The notes beneath the pieces are model-generated. The model saw only the letters and a list, made by a program, of their open reading frames with translations. It made no database searches and had not been told where the DNA came from. 64,000 bases of DNA from Octopus vulgaris (Eukaryota): NCBI GenBank assembly GCA_951406725.2, contig OX597817.1:89528001-89592000 (forward strand), in the 5' to 3' direction. Positions 44,697-59,024 of this stretch are shown here, in pieces (the first letter of the stretch is position 1; each line of letters begins with the position of its first letter). A program made the position numbers and the translations under genes.

Positions 44697-45895
44697 TTAT
44701 TCTTTTATTAGCCACAAGGTCTCATATATAAAAACATTAAATGACATACAAAAACATAAAAGTCAAAACCGGGTCGATACAATGGGTTTTCCGCGTGTAC
44801 ACAATATAAGAACAATAAAAATTGAACAAATTAAAACTCCCAGTAGGGTAGGCGCTTCAGGTCTTCGTGGGAAAATCCAGAAGAGCCACGGGTTCCTGAA
44901 CAACAGGACAAGAGCCCTCCTCCTTTGATTCCCTTTTTACGGGTGCACGCTCAGAATTGGTCCTTTCACACTGGTCATTCTTCCAACATTCACCCACCTT
45001 CCAACAAACTTGCTACAAAGCAACACTTATCTCTACATCCTCAACTTCCTTTTCAAGTGAAACTTGAAGAAGTTGATGAGGGCTTGGCCAAAGAGGGAAG
45101 TGTCTGTCTTCAGCCCTTTCAAACGGTTCCACCATACAACCTCTTTCGCTACAGCCACTAACAAATAAAAACTGCCTGCCCCTCCAGGCCAAAAGAGGGT
45201 GGCGGGGAAATCTTCACAGTGGATTCAGCTGATAGCCGGATCTGTCCTACACGCAACAGCAGGTATTCGACATAAAACCCACAGGTCAGCAATGCTCGGA
45301 CACTGGACTAGGGCGTGCAGAACGGTTTCATCGCTCTGGGCGGACCTCGGACAGGCCCGGCTGGCGGTACTTCTGTGCCTGTAAAGTTTATCCCGAACAG
45401 GCATAGCCCCTCGGTAGCACTGCCAAGCAAAGGATTTCAGGAAGTTATCCATAGGCCCAGGCCCAAAAATTCTTCAAAATAGACCGGTTAGTTGATCCTC
45501 ACCAACGTCCAGCGTTTCCTCGAGAACGTCGTCTCATTTTCCCTCCATTAGCCCTCTATAGAACGCTAGAGTGGAACTACCACCGATCGCATTGCCTGCC
45601 TGGCAGACTGCTGTGAGCACTTGACGGCACTCGAGGTGCCGAGTGCTCCTCCTCGGTCTATGCCTAATCCAGGATTGCAGCTCAGTCAAAGAGACGATCT
45701 CTGGAAAAGTGTCTCTTACAAACGGTGACTACACCTGCTCACCGTCCAGAAAACCCTGGAGATGTCACAAACCTCAGCTCATGTCTGCGCATCAGTAACC
45801 ACGGCATGCTTAGCCCTCCATTCAGCGACCGCTGACAGCAAATGGAGCGCCTGATCAGTGGAACGCGCCTCCTCCACAGAAAGCGGAAGAGTAAG
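44697..45895 (-). mobile_element. L1/Tx1-clade LINE 3' fragment
   Basis: FAWQCYRGAMPVRDKL..CPRSAQSDETVLHALVQC zf-RVT-like motif; AATAAA at the 3' end; inserted in (AAT)n. Confidence 0.85.
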
Positions 45896-45900
45896 CACAC

Positions 45901-45951
<51 letters not shown>

Positions 45952-46013
45952 TAATAATAATGATGCTGATGCTGCTGATGATGATGGTGATGATGATGAT
46001 GATGATGATGATG

Positions 46014-46086
<73 letters not shown>

Positions 46087-46097
46087 TAATAATAATA

Positions 46098-46168
<71 letters not shown>

Positions 46169-46193
46169 AATAATAATAATAATAATAATAAAT

Positions 46194-46741
46194 GCCCTGA
46201 TGCCGTACCAGGCAGTGGCTCTCATGGCTTCTGATCTTAACTGATTGGAAATGTTATCATGTACATTGTTTGGTCTTGGTATTGAGCTACAGCAAATATT
46301 CTACTCAATACCACAGATTTGCTTGTCAGTTGTTTGACCATAACAAGTTGATTATGTCCCTTAGTGGCTGACGATATGCGCATCTCTTATCACGAGCAGA
46401 AGTAGTGGGGGTGTATCATAGCCATGTGTTGAAAGGAATTCTTAGAGATTTGGATAATTCATCTTTGGAAACATAGGTGTTTCGTTCAACATCCTTAAAC
46501 AGTCCTTATTCAGGGACCTTTTGAGTAGGATGGACTACTCGACCAGAAGAAAATTCTAACTGGGCCCCACATGCAAGGTCATGTGCTGTTTATCTTGATA
46601 TGAGATCACCATGTCGCGCACATATGGTTATGATGCATGTGCCTGGTGTACCCTTATCAGACGGCTAGTCATGATGAGTATACTGGGCTTCGTATATTTT
46701 ACCCCAGTGTCACTTTGATGGCATGCTCTGCTCTCTCACTC

Positions 46742-46790
<49 letters not shown>

Positions 46791-47345
46791 GCCCTGATGC
46801 AGTACCAGGCAGTGGCTCTCATGGCTTCTGATCTTAACTGATTGGAAGTGTTATCATGTACATTGTTTTGTCTTGGTATAAGAGATGGGCTACAGCAAAT
46901 ATTCTGCTCAATACCACAGATTTGCTTGTCAGTTGTTTGACCTTAACCAGTTGAGCATGTCCCTTAGTGGCTGACGATATGTGCATCTCTGATCACGAGC
47001 AGAAATAGTGGGGGAGCATCATGGCCATGTGTTGATGAGGGGGATTCTTTGGGGTTTGAATAATTCACCTCTGGAAACATGGGTGGTTCTTTCAACATCC
47101 TTAAACAACCCTTATTCAGGGACCTTTTGAGCAGGATGGGCTACTCAACCTGAAGGAAATTCTAACTGGGCCCCACATGCAAGGTCATGTGCTGTTTATT
47201 TTGATATGAGATCACCATGTCGCGCACATATGGTTGTGATGCATGTGCCTGGTGTACCTTTATCAAACGGGTAGTCATGATGGGTATATTGGGCTTCGTA
47301 TATTTTACCCCAGTGTCACTTTGATGGCATGCACTGCTCTCTCAC
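46194..47345 (+). mobile_element. two tandem copies of a ~550-bp (TAA)n-associated element (family E)
   Basis: GCCCTGATGC.GTACCAGGCAGTGGCTCTCATGG..CTGCTCTCTCAC at 46194-46740 and 46791-47345, separated by (AAT)n. Confidence 0.9.
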
Positions 47346-47359
47346 ATAATAATAATAAT

Positions 47360-47430
<71 letters not shown>

Positions 47431-47635
47431 AATAATGATGATAATAATTCTTTCTACTATAGGCACAAGTCCTGAAATTTCGGGGAGGGGACTAGTGCTT
47501 CACTGATACTTAATGTATCGACCCCGAAACGATGAAAGGCAAAGTCGACCTCGGCGGAGTTTGAACTCAGAACGTGCCAGCAGACGAAATACCGCTAAGC
47601 ATTTCGCCCGAATACTAATGATTCTGCCAGCTCGC

Positions 47636-47684
<49 letters not shown>

Positions 47685-48360
47685 GATGTAGCATGCCCAG
47701 CTGACAACAAGGTATCCGATAAGGGAGAAAGTTGAGAGATATGACAGGTTAAATTGGGAAGTTAAACAGTTGTAGTCGGTGAAAAAGGAAGCAGTAGTAC
47801 CAATAATTGTCGGAGCCCTGGAATATGAGGTTACGGATGCTTGGTACCAACATACACCGAAAAAGGTAAGGAACGAAAAGGGGAAGGTAAAAATCCTCTG
47901 GGACTTTGATTTCCAGACAGACAATGTTTTAGAGCATCGCAGACCGGATATAGTAACCTTTAAGAGGGAAAAACAAGAGTGCCTAATAATTGACGTAGCA
48001 ATACCAGGAGATGAACATATCATCATTAAAGAGAAAAAGCTGATGAATATGGAGACCTGAGGATTGAGATCGCTACGATGTGGTATCTACGAGAGTTGAG
48101 CATAAAGGTAATCCCTATTGCCATCGGAGCATTGGGTTCAATACCATCCAATCGGAAAAAAAATCTGAAAGCCTTAAAAATATCATACAATCTAGATTTA
48201 TTTGCAAAAGTCGGCATTACTTGGAACTGCATGCATATTGCGTAAAATATTGTCTGTCTGAGGTCCTTGTTGTGACTTGACAAACAGTACACACCTCTGT
48301 AGACACAATATCTTCAGTCAACAACCTCACGATATTGTATTCTGTGTGACGTCTATAGTA
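47685..48360 (+). mobile_element. Dong/R4-like LINE 3' ends (restriction-like endonuclease), two fused pieces
   Basis: WYQHTP..KILWDFDFQTD..HRRPDIV..CLIIDVAIPGD..IPIAIGALG; an upstream second piece VVPIIVGAL. Confidence 0.88.
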
Positions 48361-48398
48361 ACAGCAAAAGCAACATACAACAACAACAACAAAAACAA

Positions 48399-48431
<33 letters not shown>

Positions 48432-48626
48432 CATTATTCAAATTTTTGCTCCAAGGGCAGTCTGGGGGAGGTGGGGATGAGTCGATTACATCGACCCCAG
48501 TGTTCAACTTGTACTTATTTTATCGACCCTGAAAGGATAAAAAGTGGAATTTGAACTCAGACCGTAGCGACGGGCAAAATACTGCTAATTCAGCGTGCTG
48601 ACGATTTTACCAGCTCGCCGCCTTAC

Positions 48627-48678
<52 letters not shown>

Positions 48679-48724
48679 GTTGTTGTCATTATTATTGTTG
48701 TTGTTGTTATCATTATTATTATTA

Positions 48725-48782
<58 letters not shown>

Positions 48783-48849
48783 GAGGAAGAAGAAGAAGAA
48801 ACTACCATGCAAACGTCCTTAAAGATGGATCTGACCCTTCGTGCAATGA

Positions 48850-49705
48850 TAAGTGATACAGGCACTATCCAGAGGATGAAGTAAATGCCGAGGCCGTCAC
48901 CGTTCTTTGGAACTTCCCAATTCAAACAGACAGAAAAATCGACTCCAATCATCCAAACATTGTGATCAAGGACTACAACAGAGAGATTTGTTTGTTAATA
49001 GATATGTCTGTCCCACAAGATCAAAATGTTTCATGAAAAGAATACGGAAAGCTTTTTCACCATAAAGAGCTGCAAATTGAAATCACAATAATACCAGTGG
49101 TAATTGGTGCGTTGGGATTGATAAAGAAGGGAGATGAGAAGCATATTAAGCAACTCCCTGGTAACTCCAATCTCCGTGAACTACAAGAGATAACCTTGAT
49201 GAGTACAGCCAGTATACTACGGAAAGCACTCTCTCTATCTAAAATGGAATAAATGTGGTGATAATTTTAGCATGCATAGCAAAACGAAAGTGCCCTTGCT
49301 ACTCTTAGCCTCCGGAGGATGCCCGGTACTTAGGCAGCTGAAACAGAATTATTATGAAAGGAAACCATGAACAATAACAATGATAATAATAAGATGAAAA
49401 ACAAAGACAAAAAAAACAATCTCTTAAAATTTGAAATTGCAAGGATTTGGAATAGGAAAATTGTAAAGGTTGCGCCTGTAATATTTGGTGCATTGGGAAT
49501 TGCGAGTAAAGATATAGACAAATAATTGAAGGAGATTAGAATAGCATGTCCTTTAGAGCTTCAACGGAAAGTTTACCTCTTAGGAACAAGAATGATTATC
49601 ATGAGGGTTTTAAGCACTTGAAAGACTATTGAAAGCTTGTGAATACCTGAGCTTACAGGTAGTAAACCCGCTACCGACATAAATTCTATCAGGAATAAGA
49701 ATGAA
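48850..49705 (+). mobile_element. two further Dong/R4-like RLE 3' fragments
   Basis: VLWNFPIQTD..HPNIVIKD..LLIDMSVP..IPVVIGALG (48900-49250); FEIARIW..PVIFGALG (49400-49620). Confidence 0.8.
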
Positions 49706-49771
49706 CCTGAGTCAAATCCCCAAAATAACGATGATGATGATAATAATAATAATGATAACAACAACAACAAC

Positions 49772-49832
<61 letters not shown>

Positions 49833-50420
49833 TCTTTTATTGGTCAGAATGGCCCAAGGCATGGAGGACAGTATCAAAAGACGTGTTGTAGCATAAAAAA
49901 ACAAAACGAAAGCAAAAAATATAAAAGCGGGTAGGGTTTACATCAATCAAAGGGAGACACTACCACATTAACAGATATAACAGAGGATATATAATAGAAA
50001 TCTGGGAAATAAATAAATAGTTAAATAAATAGAATTCTCAATAGTGGGGCAATCCACTTAGGGTAACTCACGCAAAATTTCCGTTTTACTTTGCCAACCC
50101 CGGGCATAGAAAAGTCCCTCTTCCACTTCCTTTCCTCCTGTTTAGAAAAGCATACTCGATTCTTTCTACTATAGGCACAAGGCTTGGAATTTTGAGGGAT
50201 AAGATTACTCTATTACTTGCAACACAGTGTTCAACTAGTACTTGCTTTATCCACACCGAGCTGGCATAATCGCTTGTGCCACCGAGGAGAGATGAAATAA
50301 GTTCCAGTCATGTACTGGGGTCGATGTAGCCGACTAGCCCTCTTTCCATAATTTCAGGCCTTGTGCCTATAATAGAAAAAAAACTGTTATTATCATTATC
50401 ATCAACATTATTATTATTAC

Positions 50421-50961
50421 TGGGTGAGAAAGCAGTGCATACCACCAAAGTGACACTGGGGTAAAATATACGAAGCCCAGTATACCCATCATGACTACCC
50501 GTCTGATAAGGGTACACAAGGCACATGCATCACAACAATATGTGCACGACATGGTGATCTCATATCAAGATAAACAGCGCATGACCTTGCAAGTGGGGCC
50601 CAGTTAGAATTTTCTTCTGGTCAAGTAGCCTATCCCACTCAAAAGGTCCCTAAATAAGGACTGTTTAAGTATGTTGAATTCCAAAGGTGAATTATCCAAA
50701 CCTCTAAGAATTCCTTTCAACACATGGCTGTGATGCTCCCCCACTACTTCTGCTCGTGATCGGAGATGCACATATCGTCAGCCACTAAGGGACCTGCTCA
50801 ACTGGTTAAGGTCAAACAACCGACAAGCAAATCTGTGGTATTGAGCAGAATATTTGCTGTAGCCCATCTTTTATACCAAGACAAAACAATGTACATGATA
50901 GCACTACCAATTAGTTAAGATCAGTAGCCATGAGAGCCACTGCCTGGTACGGCATCAAGGC
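50421..50961 (-). mobile_element. family E element, third full copy
   Basis: Reverse complement of 46194-46740, flanked by (ATT)n; a partial old copy also lies at ~18395-18540. Confidence 0.9.
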
Positions 50962-50980
50962 AATTATTATTATTATTATA

Positions 50981-51028
<48 letters not shown>

Positions 51029-51038
51029 GTCGTCGTCG

Positions 51039-51069
<31 letters not shown>

Positions 51070-51073
51070 GTTA

Positions 51074-51144
<71 letters not shown>

Positions 51145-51699
51145 CATCATCATTATTATTATTATTATCGTCATCATCATCAGTCACTGTGGAATATATA
51201 GGACGTGTTTTCAGACGCTCCAATTTGGTGCAGCTTAAAACATTTATTTACACCGTTTTTGGTGCTTTTTTGCACAATTTATTTTACTCCAAGTTGTCAA
51301 TAGAAACACCAGGAACCTGTTACTGGTTTTCTATGCTATATTCGGCCCACCAAATAAGTTCGGTGGGCGTTTAATTTAATTCAATTTAATCAAACACAAC
51401 TCAATAAGATGGCGGAGCGTGTTTTGAAAGAGTTGAGAAAAGAGAAAACACTTCCTCCCACGAATCTAATGACTGCTGAAGATTTCACTCTCCTTCGCTC
51501 CGTTACTAGCAACAATACAGGAGAAGGAGAGGAGAAAAACAAGACTGGAACAGTACAAAGTCCACTTCGTAGTAACAACAGTAGTAGCAGTAACAACAAC
51601 AACCGTAGCTGTGATAACAGCAGCAGCAGCTACAACAATGACAGCATCAGTAGCAGTAGTAGTAGCGTTAGCAACAGCGACAACAACAATTTTATATTT

Positions 51700-52124
<425 letters not shown>

Positions 52125-52531
52125 AACATCAACAGCAACAACACCGACAACATCAACAGCAACAACAACAACAACGAAAGAAACAGCAACAGCAACGATG
52201 GTAACAACAACAACAACAATAGCAAAACTGACAACAGCAACAGCAACAAAACCAACACCAACAACATCGACAAGAACAATGACAATAATGTCAGCAGCAG
52301 TAGTAGCAACAACAACAACGAGAACATCACCAACAACAAAAGCAAGTTCGCAACAACAGCAGCGAAGAAGAAGCAACGCTTCACCGTGGACCTCACAAAT
52401 AGAGAAGAAATGTTGACCTAGGCATCGAAACTGATTAAACAAGAACAAACCTGGGCCAACCTAACTATTCCGTCAGAGGCAATTAAAGCATGCACCCTCC
52501 CACACACACACATACGTATACATATATATAC

Positions 52532-52592
<61 letters not shown>

Positions 52593-52878
52593 CATACATG
52601 TGTGCGCACGCGCGCGCGTGTGTGTGTGTGTATTTACACGAGTAATCAAGTAAATGCAAAACAAGGTGGAGAAAATAGTAATCGAATACCGAAGGTAAAG
52701 TTAACATGTGACTCAGAGTTTCACCTTCCGTCCGCCGGACAGTTGGGGGTCAAAAGTGTTGATCACAACTGTCCGACGAATGGGAACGTGAAACTCTCAG
52801 TCACAGTTGTTTTGTGATACTTTTGCAGCTTTTATATATATATATAGCTGTGATCTTAGAGACCAACGGTCAACCAAA

Positions 52879-52957
<79 letters not shown>

Positions 52958-53602
52958 TGTGTGTATGTATGTATTATGTATGTATGTATGTATGTATGTA
53001 GGTAGGTAGGTAGGTAAGTAGATAGGTAGGTAGGTAGGTAGGTAGGTAGGTAGGTAGGTAGGTAGGTAGGTAGGTAGGTAGGTAGGTAGGTAGGACTTTT
53101 ACTATGAGACCAAAATGATGGGCTAGATTTAATTGTTTTTAGACTGTGACCATGTTGGGGCACGTCCTTGAAAAATTTTAGTCGAACGAATCAACCCCAG
53201 TACTTGTTTCACAATATTAAAGCGCTCTTTTAATGCAGGTCTGAAGAAGTGTCACTCAAATGTTTAAGACCGCAAAAATTTCCTAAATTTTAACTTAGCT
53301 CTATTACGTGATCTGGCGTTGAAGAAAGAGTTGTTATAAAATTTTAATTGGTCATTAAAGATGTGATAAAGTGTTCCTTTGTCTTCTTATTTTGATTTAG
53401 TTTACTTGTTACTAACCCCTCCACGACAATGATTTTTACTGTTGTGACACTTGGATCTTCTACACCTAAAGAATTTCGATCTTACTTAAGACTATAATCC
53501 GACGGTGCAGATCGCCTAAAGCTCGGATTGAGCTGCATTGGAAATAGCCAATCGTTTTACCCCATAAATCCTAATATATGTATATATGTATGTATACATA
53601 TG

Positions 53603-53738
53603 TTTCTACTCTCGGCACAAGGCACGAAATTTTAGGGTAGGGGCCAGTCGATTAGATCGACCCCAGTACGCAACAGGTACTTAATTTATCGGCCCTGAAA
53701 GGATGAAAGGCAAAGTCGAACTCGGCGGAACTTGAACT
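53603..53738 (-). mobile_element. 5'-truncated SINE A
   Basis: Tail plus core; further SINE A copies at 47450-47638, 48435-48623, 58775-58981, 59022-59237 (all -) and 62842-63000 (+). Confidence 0.85.
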
Positions 53739-53779
53739 TGAAGTTGAAATAGAAAGACGTGGCTTATGTTGCAACTGTC

Positions 53780-53880
53780 TTGCTTCTGACTAGTGTTTGA
53801 AGCTTGCCCTATTTTTATAGGGAGTCCATTGCTGAATTAAATAGGATTTGATTGGTAGAGGATAGTCACATGACTGATCT
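53780..53880 (-). promoter_or_regulatory. LTR/pLTR-like Pol II promoter motifs
   Basis: GTCATGTGAC E-box, CCAAT, TATAAAA (53819-53813) and Inr-like TAGTCAG ~25 bp downstream. Confidence 0.35.
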
Positions 53881-54172
53881 TAGAAAGATTTGTAGGTTCC
53901 CTGGTACATCCGTGTGTTAGTATCAAGTGACAAAGTTTGGTATCGTAAGTTAAAGCCAACACGGTCGACTGAACATGTCTAGTGACAGTACCAAACGATC
54001 AATGTCCTTATGTTTTCTGGTAAGGTTTATAGAGAATGAACACGAGATTAAATTTAAACCCTTTAGTAAGTTTCCTGCAACCTTTTGAAAATCAGTGTAA
54101 ACTGTGAAACCGGTTAAAAATAACAGTAAAAAATATTTTAACTATTCTCAGTGCATTTCCAACTTCTATTTT

Positions 54173-54221
<49 letters not shown>

Positions 54222-55277
54222 TACATTCATACATAGCTACGTATACATACTTACACACTACTACACATATTCACATGTACACATATTTATTATATGCACA
54301 CACTTACACCCATACATGTGTGTGTAAGTAATTATTAAGACAATCTTAACAACATCTGGAATAAAAATAATTATAACATAATTAAAATTTGTGTTTTAAA
54401 TTACTCCATGGTCATTATGCAATGACGTCATATAATCCTTGCAAACGTTCTTCATTTCTTGTGGCTCCAAATATCTTAGATGTAGACCAGGCAGTAAATA
54501 CCGCTTTCTTCTCAAAACATTTTTCGGATGGGAATTTATTACATATGACGACAACAACGACGACGACGACGATGACGTTGGCAACAACAACAACAACAAC
54601 AATAACATAAAAAGAAGGACAGTTGTGCTGCTGGAGATTATGTTTGTCACTTCCGTTTATCGTAAAGAGACATCGCAAGGGAAAGATGTCCGCTGTCTCG
54701 ACAAGAGAGTGAACGAGAGAGAGAGAAGAGATAGAGACAGACGGACACAGAGGGAGAGGGTGATAGAGGGAGAGAGGAAGAGGAGGAGGAGGAGAAGAGG
54801 GAGAAGAAGAAGAAGAAGAAGAAGAAGAAGAAGAAGAAGAAGAAGAAGAAGAAGAAGAAAGAGATGAAGAGGCGGGGCGAGATACAGCAAGGAAGGAAGA
54901 GAAAGAGAGATTAAGTGCGAATGTTTGTGAGTGTGTAGAAGCAAGTTGAGTGATACGACTCTGTCAGGTCTGCTTGATCATCATCAACAACAATAACAAC
55001 AGCAGCAGCAGCAACAACAACAGTAGTAGCAACAACAAAACTAGCCATACCATTAACAGAAACAACAACAACAGTAACACCGTCACCACCACCATCGCCA
55101 CTACACAAAAAGCTAGATCCCCAGTAATAATATTAAATCAGCTCACCAAGTGGTTTTGAACGAACTGACTCACATAAAATGCATGTCCAACTGGCGTACA
55201 ACAGCTGTTGGTGTGTATTCAGAGCTATTTACAGCTGAGAAAACACAGTTCTTATCGTAAAGTATATATATATATAC

Positions 55278-55798
<521 letters not shown>

Positions 55799-55822
55799 TA
55801 TATATATGTATATATATATGAT

Positions 55823-55916
55823 GAAGGGTCCCAATGCAAATACATATATCCTTTTTCAAGATCAGTGGCGAAAAGTCGCTTGAAAAAGGATATATGTATT
55901 TGCATTGGGACCCTTC
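55823..55916. repeat. perfect 38-bp inverted repeat with 18-nt loop
   Basis: GAAGGGTCCCAATGCAAATACATATATCCTTTTTCAAG and its exact reverse complement at 55879-55916. Confidence 0.95.
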
Positions 55917-55936
55917 CATCGAAAACCGGTGACTGT

Positions 55937-55981
55937 CATGCGCTGATGACGGGTCAATACCCAGAAACTGCAGTCCGTGCG
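55937..55981 (+). ncRNA. minimal type I hammerhead ribozyme
   Basis: UGCG-CUGAUGA-C-GGGU-CAAU-ACCC-A-GAAA-CUGCA-GUC-CGUG; palindromic stem III ACUGCAGU. Confidence 0.8.
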
Positions 55982-56206
55982 CATCACTTAGGTTGACGAG
56001 GGAAGGATGACCTCCCTTTGCAAATACCGATACAGAAAGTGTGTCAATAGCCAGCTGGAGAAGATGTTCTCCTGGGGCTACAAGCTACAGTAACATCCAC
56101 GCTTAGTGGTTAGCCATATTTAGATGGCAAATATACTTCACATTGTCGTGTAGTTACTGTCTATACCTCGTTCAGAGATTATATATATATATATATATGT
56201 ATAGGG

Positions 56207-56241
<35 letters not shown>

Positions 56242-56242
56242 G

Positions 56243-56282
<40 letters not shown>

Positions 56283-56556
56283 CAGCTGATTGCTCCACCT
56301 TCACAGATGGTTGCCGTCTCCTGATTCTTCGTTGTCAATGGCGTTTCTGACGAGTTGTACATACCTCTCAAATAAATACATACATACATACATACATACA
56401 TACATACATACATACATACATACATTCAATACATACATACATACATACATACATACATACATGCACACATACATACATACATACATACATACATGCACGC
56501 ACCCATGCGCGCATGCAATCATTCATACATATATATGTGTATGTATGTGTGTGTGT

Positions 56557-57342
56557 ATGCAGATGTGGCTGTGTGGTAAGAACTTTGCTTCTCAACCACA
56601 TGGTTTCGGGTTCAGTCCCACTACGTGACACATTGGGCAATTACCTTCTACTAGCTAAACCTTTGAGTGGATGTGGTTGAGGGAAAGTGAAAGATCCCCT
56701 GCGCGTGTGTTGCTTATACACATGTCTTCGTCTTTTGTTTTTCTGTAAATTTCAACTGCGTGTGTATACATACATACATACTTACATGGTGGCTGCCCCC
56801 TCGTTATCGAGTATGGCCATTGCACGAAGCTTAATCAATGTTGTTATCGTGCAATGCCTGTGCAAGATTTTTTTTTAAAGTGAGGAAAGGCCGTGCACTG
56901 AGTCAATCCCACTCACTGAGCAACAGCAGTCATAATCCGAAAAGAAGAACAAGTCAACATCATCAGCAACCACTGAGCCGCAGGTTTTATGTCGGAGTTA
57001 TCCCAGTTAACTGAGTTACCTTCTCCTAGAAGGATGCCCTAACAAAGGCTAGGAGTCCTTCACTCCTAATGGTTTAACCGCGCGATCGGGTATTCAGTCC
57101 GATTATTTCTATGACCCCGCGCATAATACATCCTTAAGACATTTATTGGATGGCCGTTGACTCTCAAATGTTCCTCCGCCCTTTGACGGGTTTTGTTTTT
57201 CATCCTGCAGGGTGTCCAATAAACACCCTCCTCACCAAGCAAGCTTGGTGGGGTTGCCGGTTTAGTCGCCGACGACCCGACAATGCAACAGGTTGTACTG
57301 GGCTACATGTTACCAGTAGCACTTGAAAGTGACCTGACATAC

Positions 57343-57373
<31 letters not shown>

Positions 57374-57409
57374 CATACATACATACATACATACATACAT
57401 ACATACATG

Positions 57410-57457
<48 letters not shown>

Positions 57458-57715
57458 TATATATATATATATATATATACATGATGCGGGTATATATGTG
57501 TGTGTGTCCTTGTGATTGTGTTTCTCTCCCACCACCGAAAAACCGGCGGATGATTTTTACGAACCTATAGGCTAGCGGTTCGGCCAAAAGTGACCGATTG
57601 TTTAAGTACGATGGTTAAAATAATAAGTTCTGGACTCAGTATGTTCGATTAGACTCTTCAAGGTGGTGCTCCAGCATGACCGCAGTCCAATCACTGAAAC
57701 GAGTAAAAGTTAAAA
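56557..57715 (+). mobile_element. SINE B split by a ~550-bp RTE-5'UTR-like insertion (56786-57335)
   Basis: Head 56557-56700, tail 57505-57715; insert in (ACAT)n with GGTTGCC..TTAGTCGCC motif. Confidence 0.65.
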
Positions 57716-57766
57716 CATATGTCAAACAGTATGTTACCGGTTATGGCATATAACTAACTGGTCAGA

Positions 57767-57829
57767 ATGTTTCCGACGATTGTTTCGCGCCGACGCTTGC
57801 ACTTGACAATATTGGCACTCCTCAGACAT
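57767..57829 (-). ncRNA. type I hammerhead, intact core, disrupted stem I
   Basis: CUGAGGA-GUGCC..GGCGC-GAAA-C-AAUC-GUC. Confidence 0.65.
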
Positions 57830-57869
57830 GCTCGCAGGAAGCGCATGGCCTCTATCATGATGGTGATAT

Positions 57870-57974
<105 letters not shown>

Positions 57975-58102
57975 CGTACATATATATATATATATATGTA
58001 TGTATATGCATACATGCATACATACATACATATATATACATACATGCATACATGCATACATACATACATATATATACATACATGCATACATACATACATA
58101 CA

Positions 58103-58138
<36 letters not shown>

Positions 58139-58395
58139 TATATAAATAGCCTGAAGCCATGTTGGTCTGCTGGTCCGGTCGTAGAAGGTGGTAGGGGTTC
58201 GCTCTCATGCACACAATATCTCGGATGCAGCTGTGCACCGTTAACTAGCTAGGGATATCCTCCTGGGGTTAAAAAATCGCAGTCAAGTCCGTTCGAACTG
58301 ACAGCTATGTTGAAGTGTCTACGAACATTACTTGTTAGTACAACTACTGCGCTGCTCTCTTAGAAATATTTTAGAACTAGCATTTTTGCCTACAC

Positions 58396-58472
<77 letters not shown>

Positions 58473-58563
58473 CGTGCGTGCAAACACTTGTAGCGTGTAA
58501 GGTGTTTATAAGCCATTAAAAACACACAGAAACCGCTAGATTCACTTCAACATTTAAATTTAA

Positions 58564-58614
58564 TTTATCAAAATATTTTCGTCACTTTGAAATCGCGACC
58601 TGTTCACTGACAAA
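58564..58614 (-). ncRNA. hammerhead-like motif with G3-C8 core
   Basis: UUUGUCA-GUGAACA-G-GUCGC..GUGAC-GAAA-AUAU-UU-UGAUAAA. Confidence 0.65.
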
Positions 58615-58981
58615 GTTCCGTGCTGCATCTCAGCACGGAATTTTGTCAGTGAACAGGCGGCGATTTCAAATATAAGCGCATATTGTAGGGCTGACAGAAG
58701 GGAATGCGCATTAAAGGACTGTCTTAAGTAACTGAATGCCCTGGTAACAGCCCTGTCTACAGTAACTATATTGATTTTAAATTTTTGCACAAGACCAAAA
58801 AGTTCGGGGGAGAGGTAACTTCATCACATTAACCCCAGTGCTGACTGGTACTTATTTTATTGACCCCGAAGGGATGAAAAGCAAAGTCGACCTCGGCAGA
58901 ATTTGAATTGAGAGCGTAAAAACGCATGAAATGCCGCTAAGGATTTTTCCCGGCGTGCTAACAATTTCTACTAGCTCGCCC

Positions 58982-59024
<43 letters not shown>

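Noticed and set aside
54439-54867. Arg-rich protamine-like ORF
   Set aside because: Derived from (GA)n/(AGG)n/(AGA)n repeats
55823-55916. miRNA precursor or intrinsic terminator
   Set aside because: A perfect stem next to an HHR is better explained as a PLE 5' inversion; no U-tract
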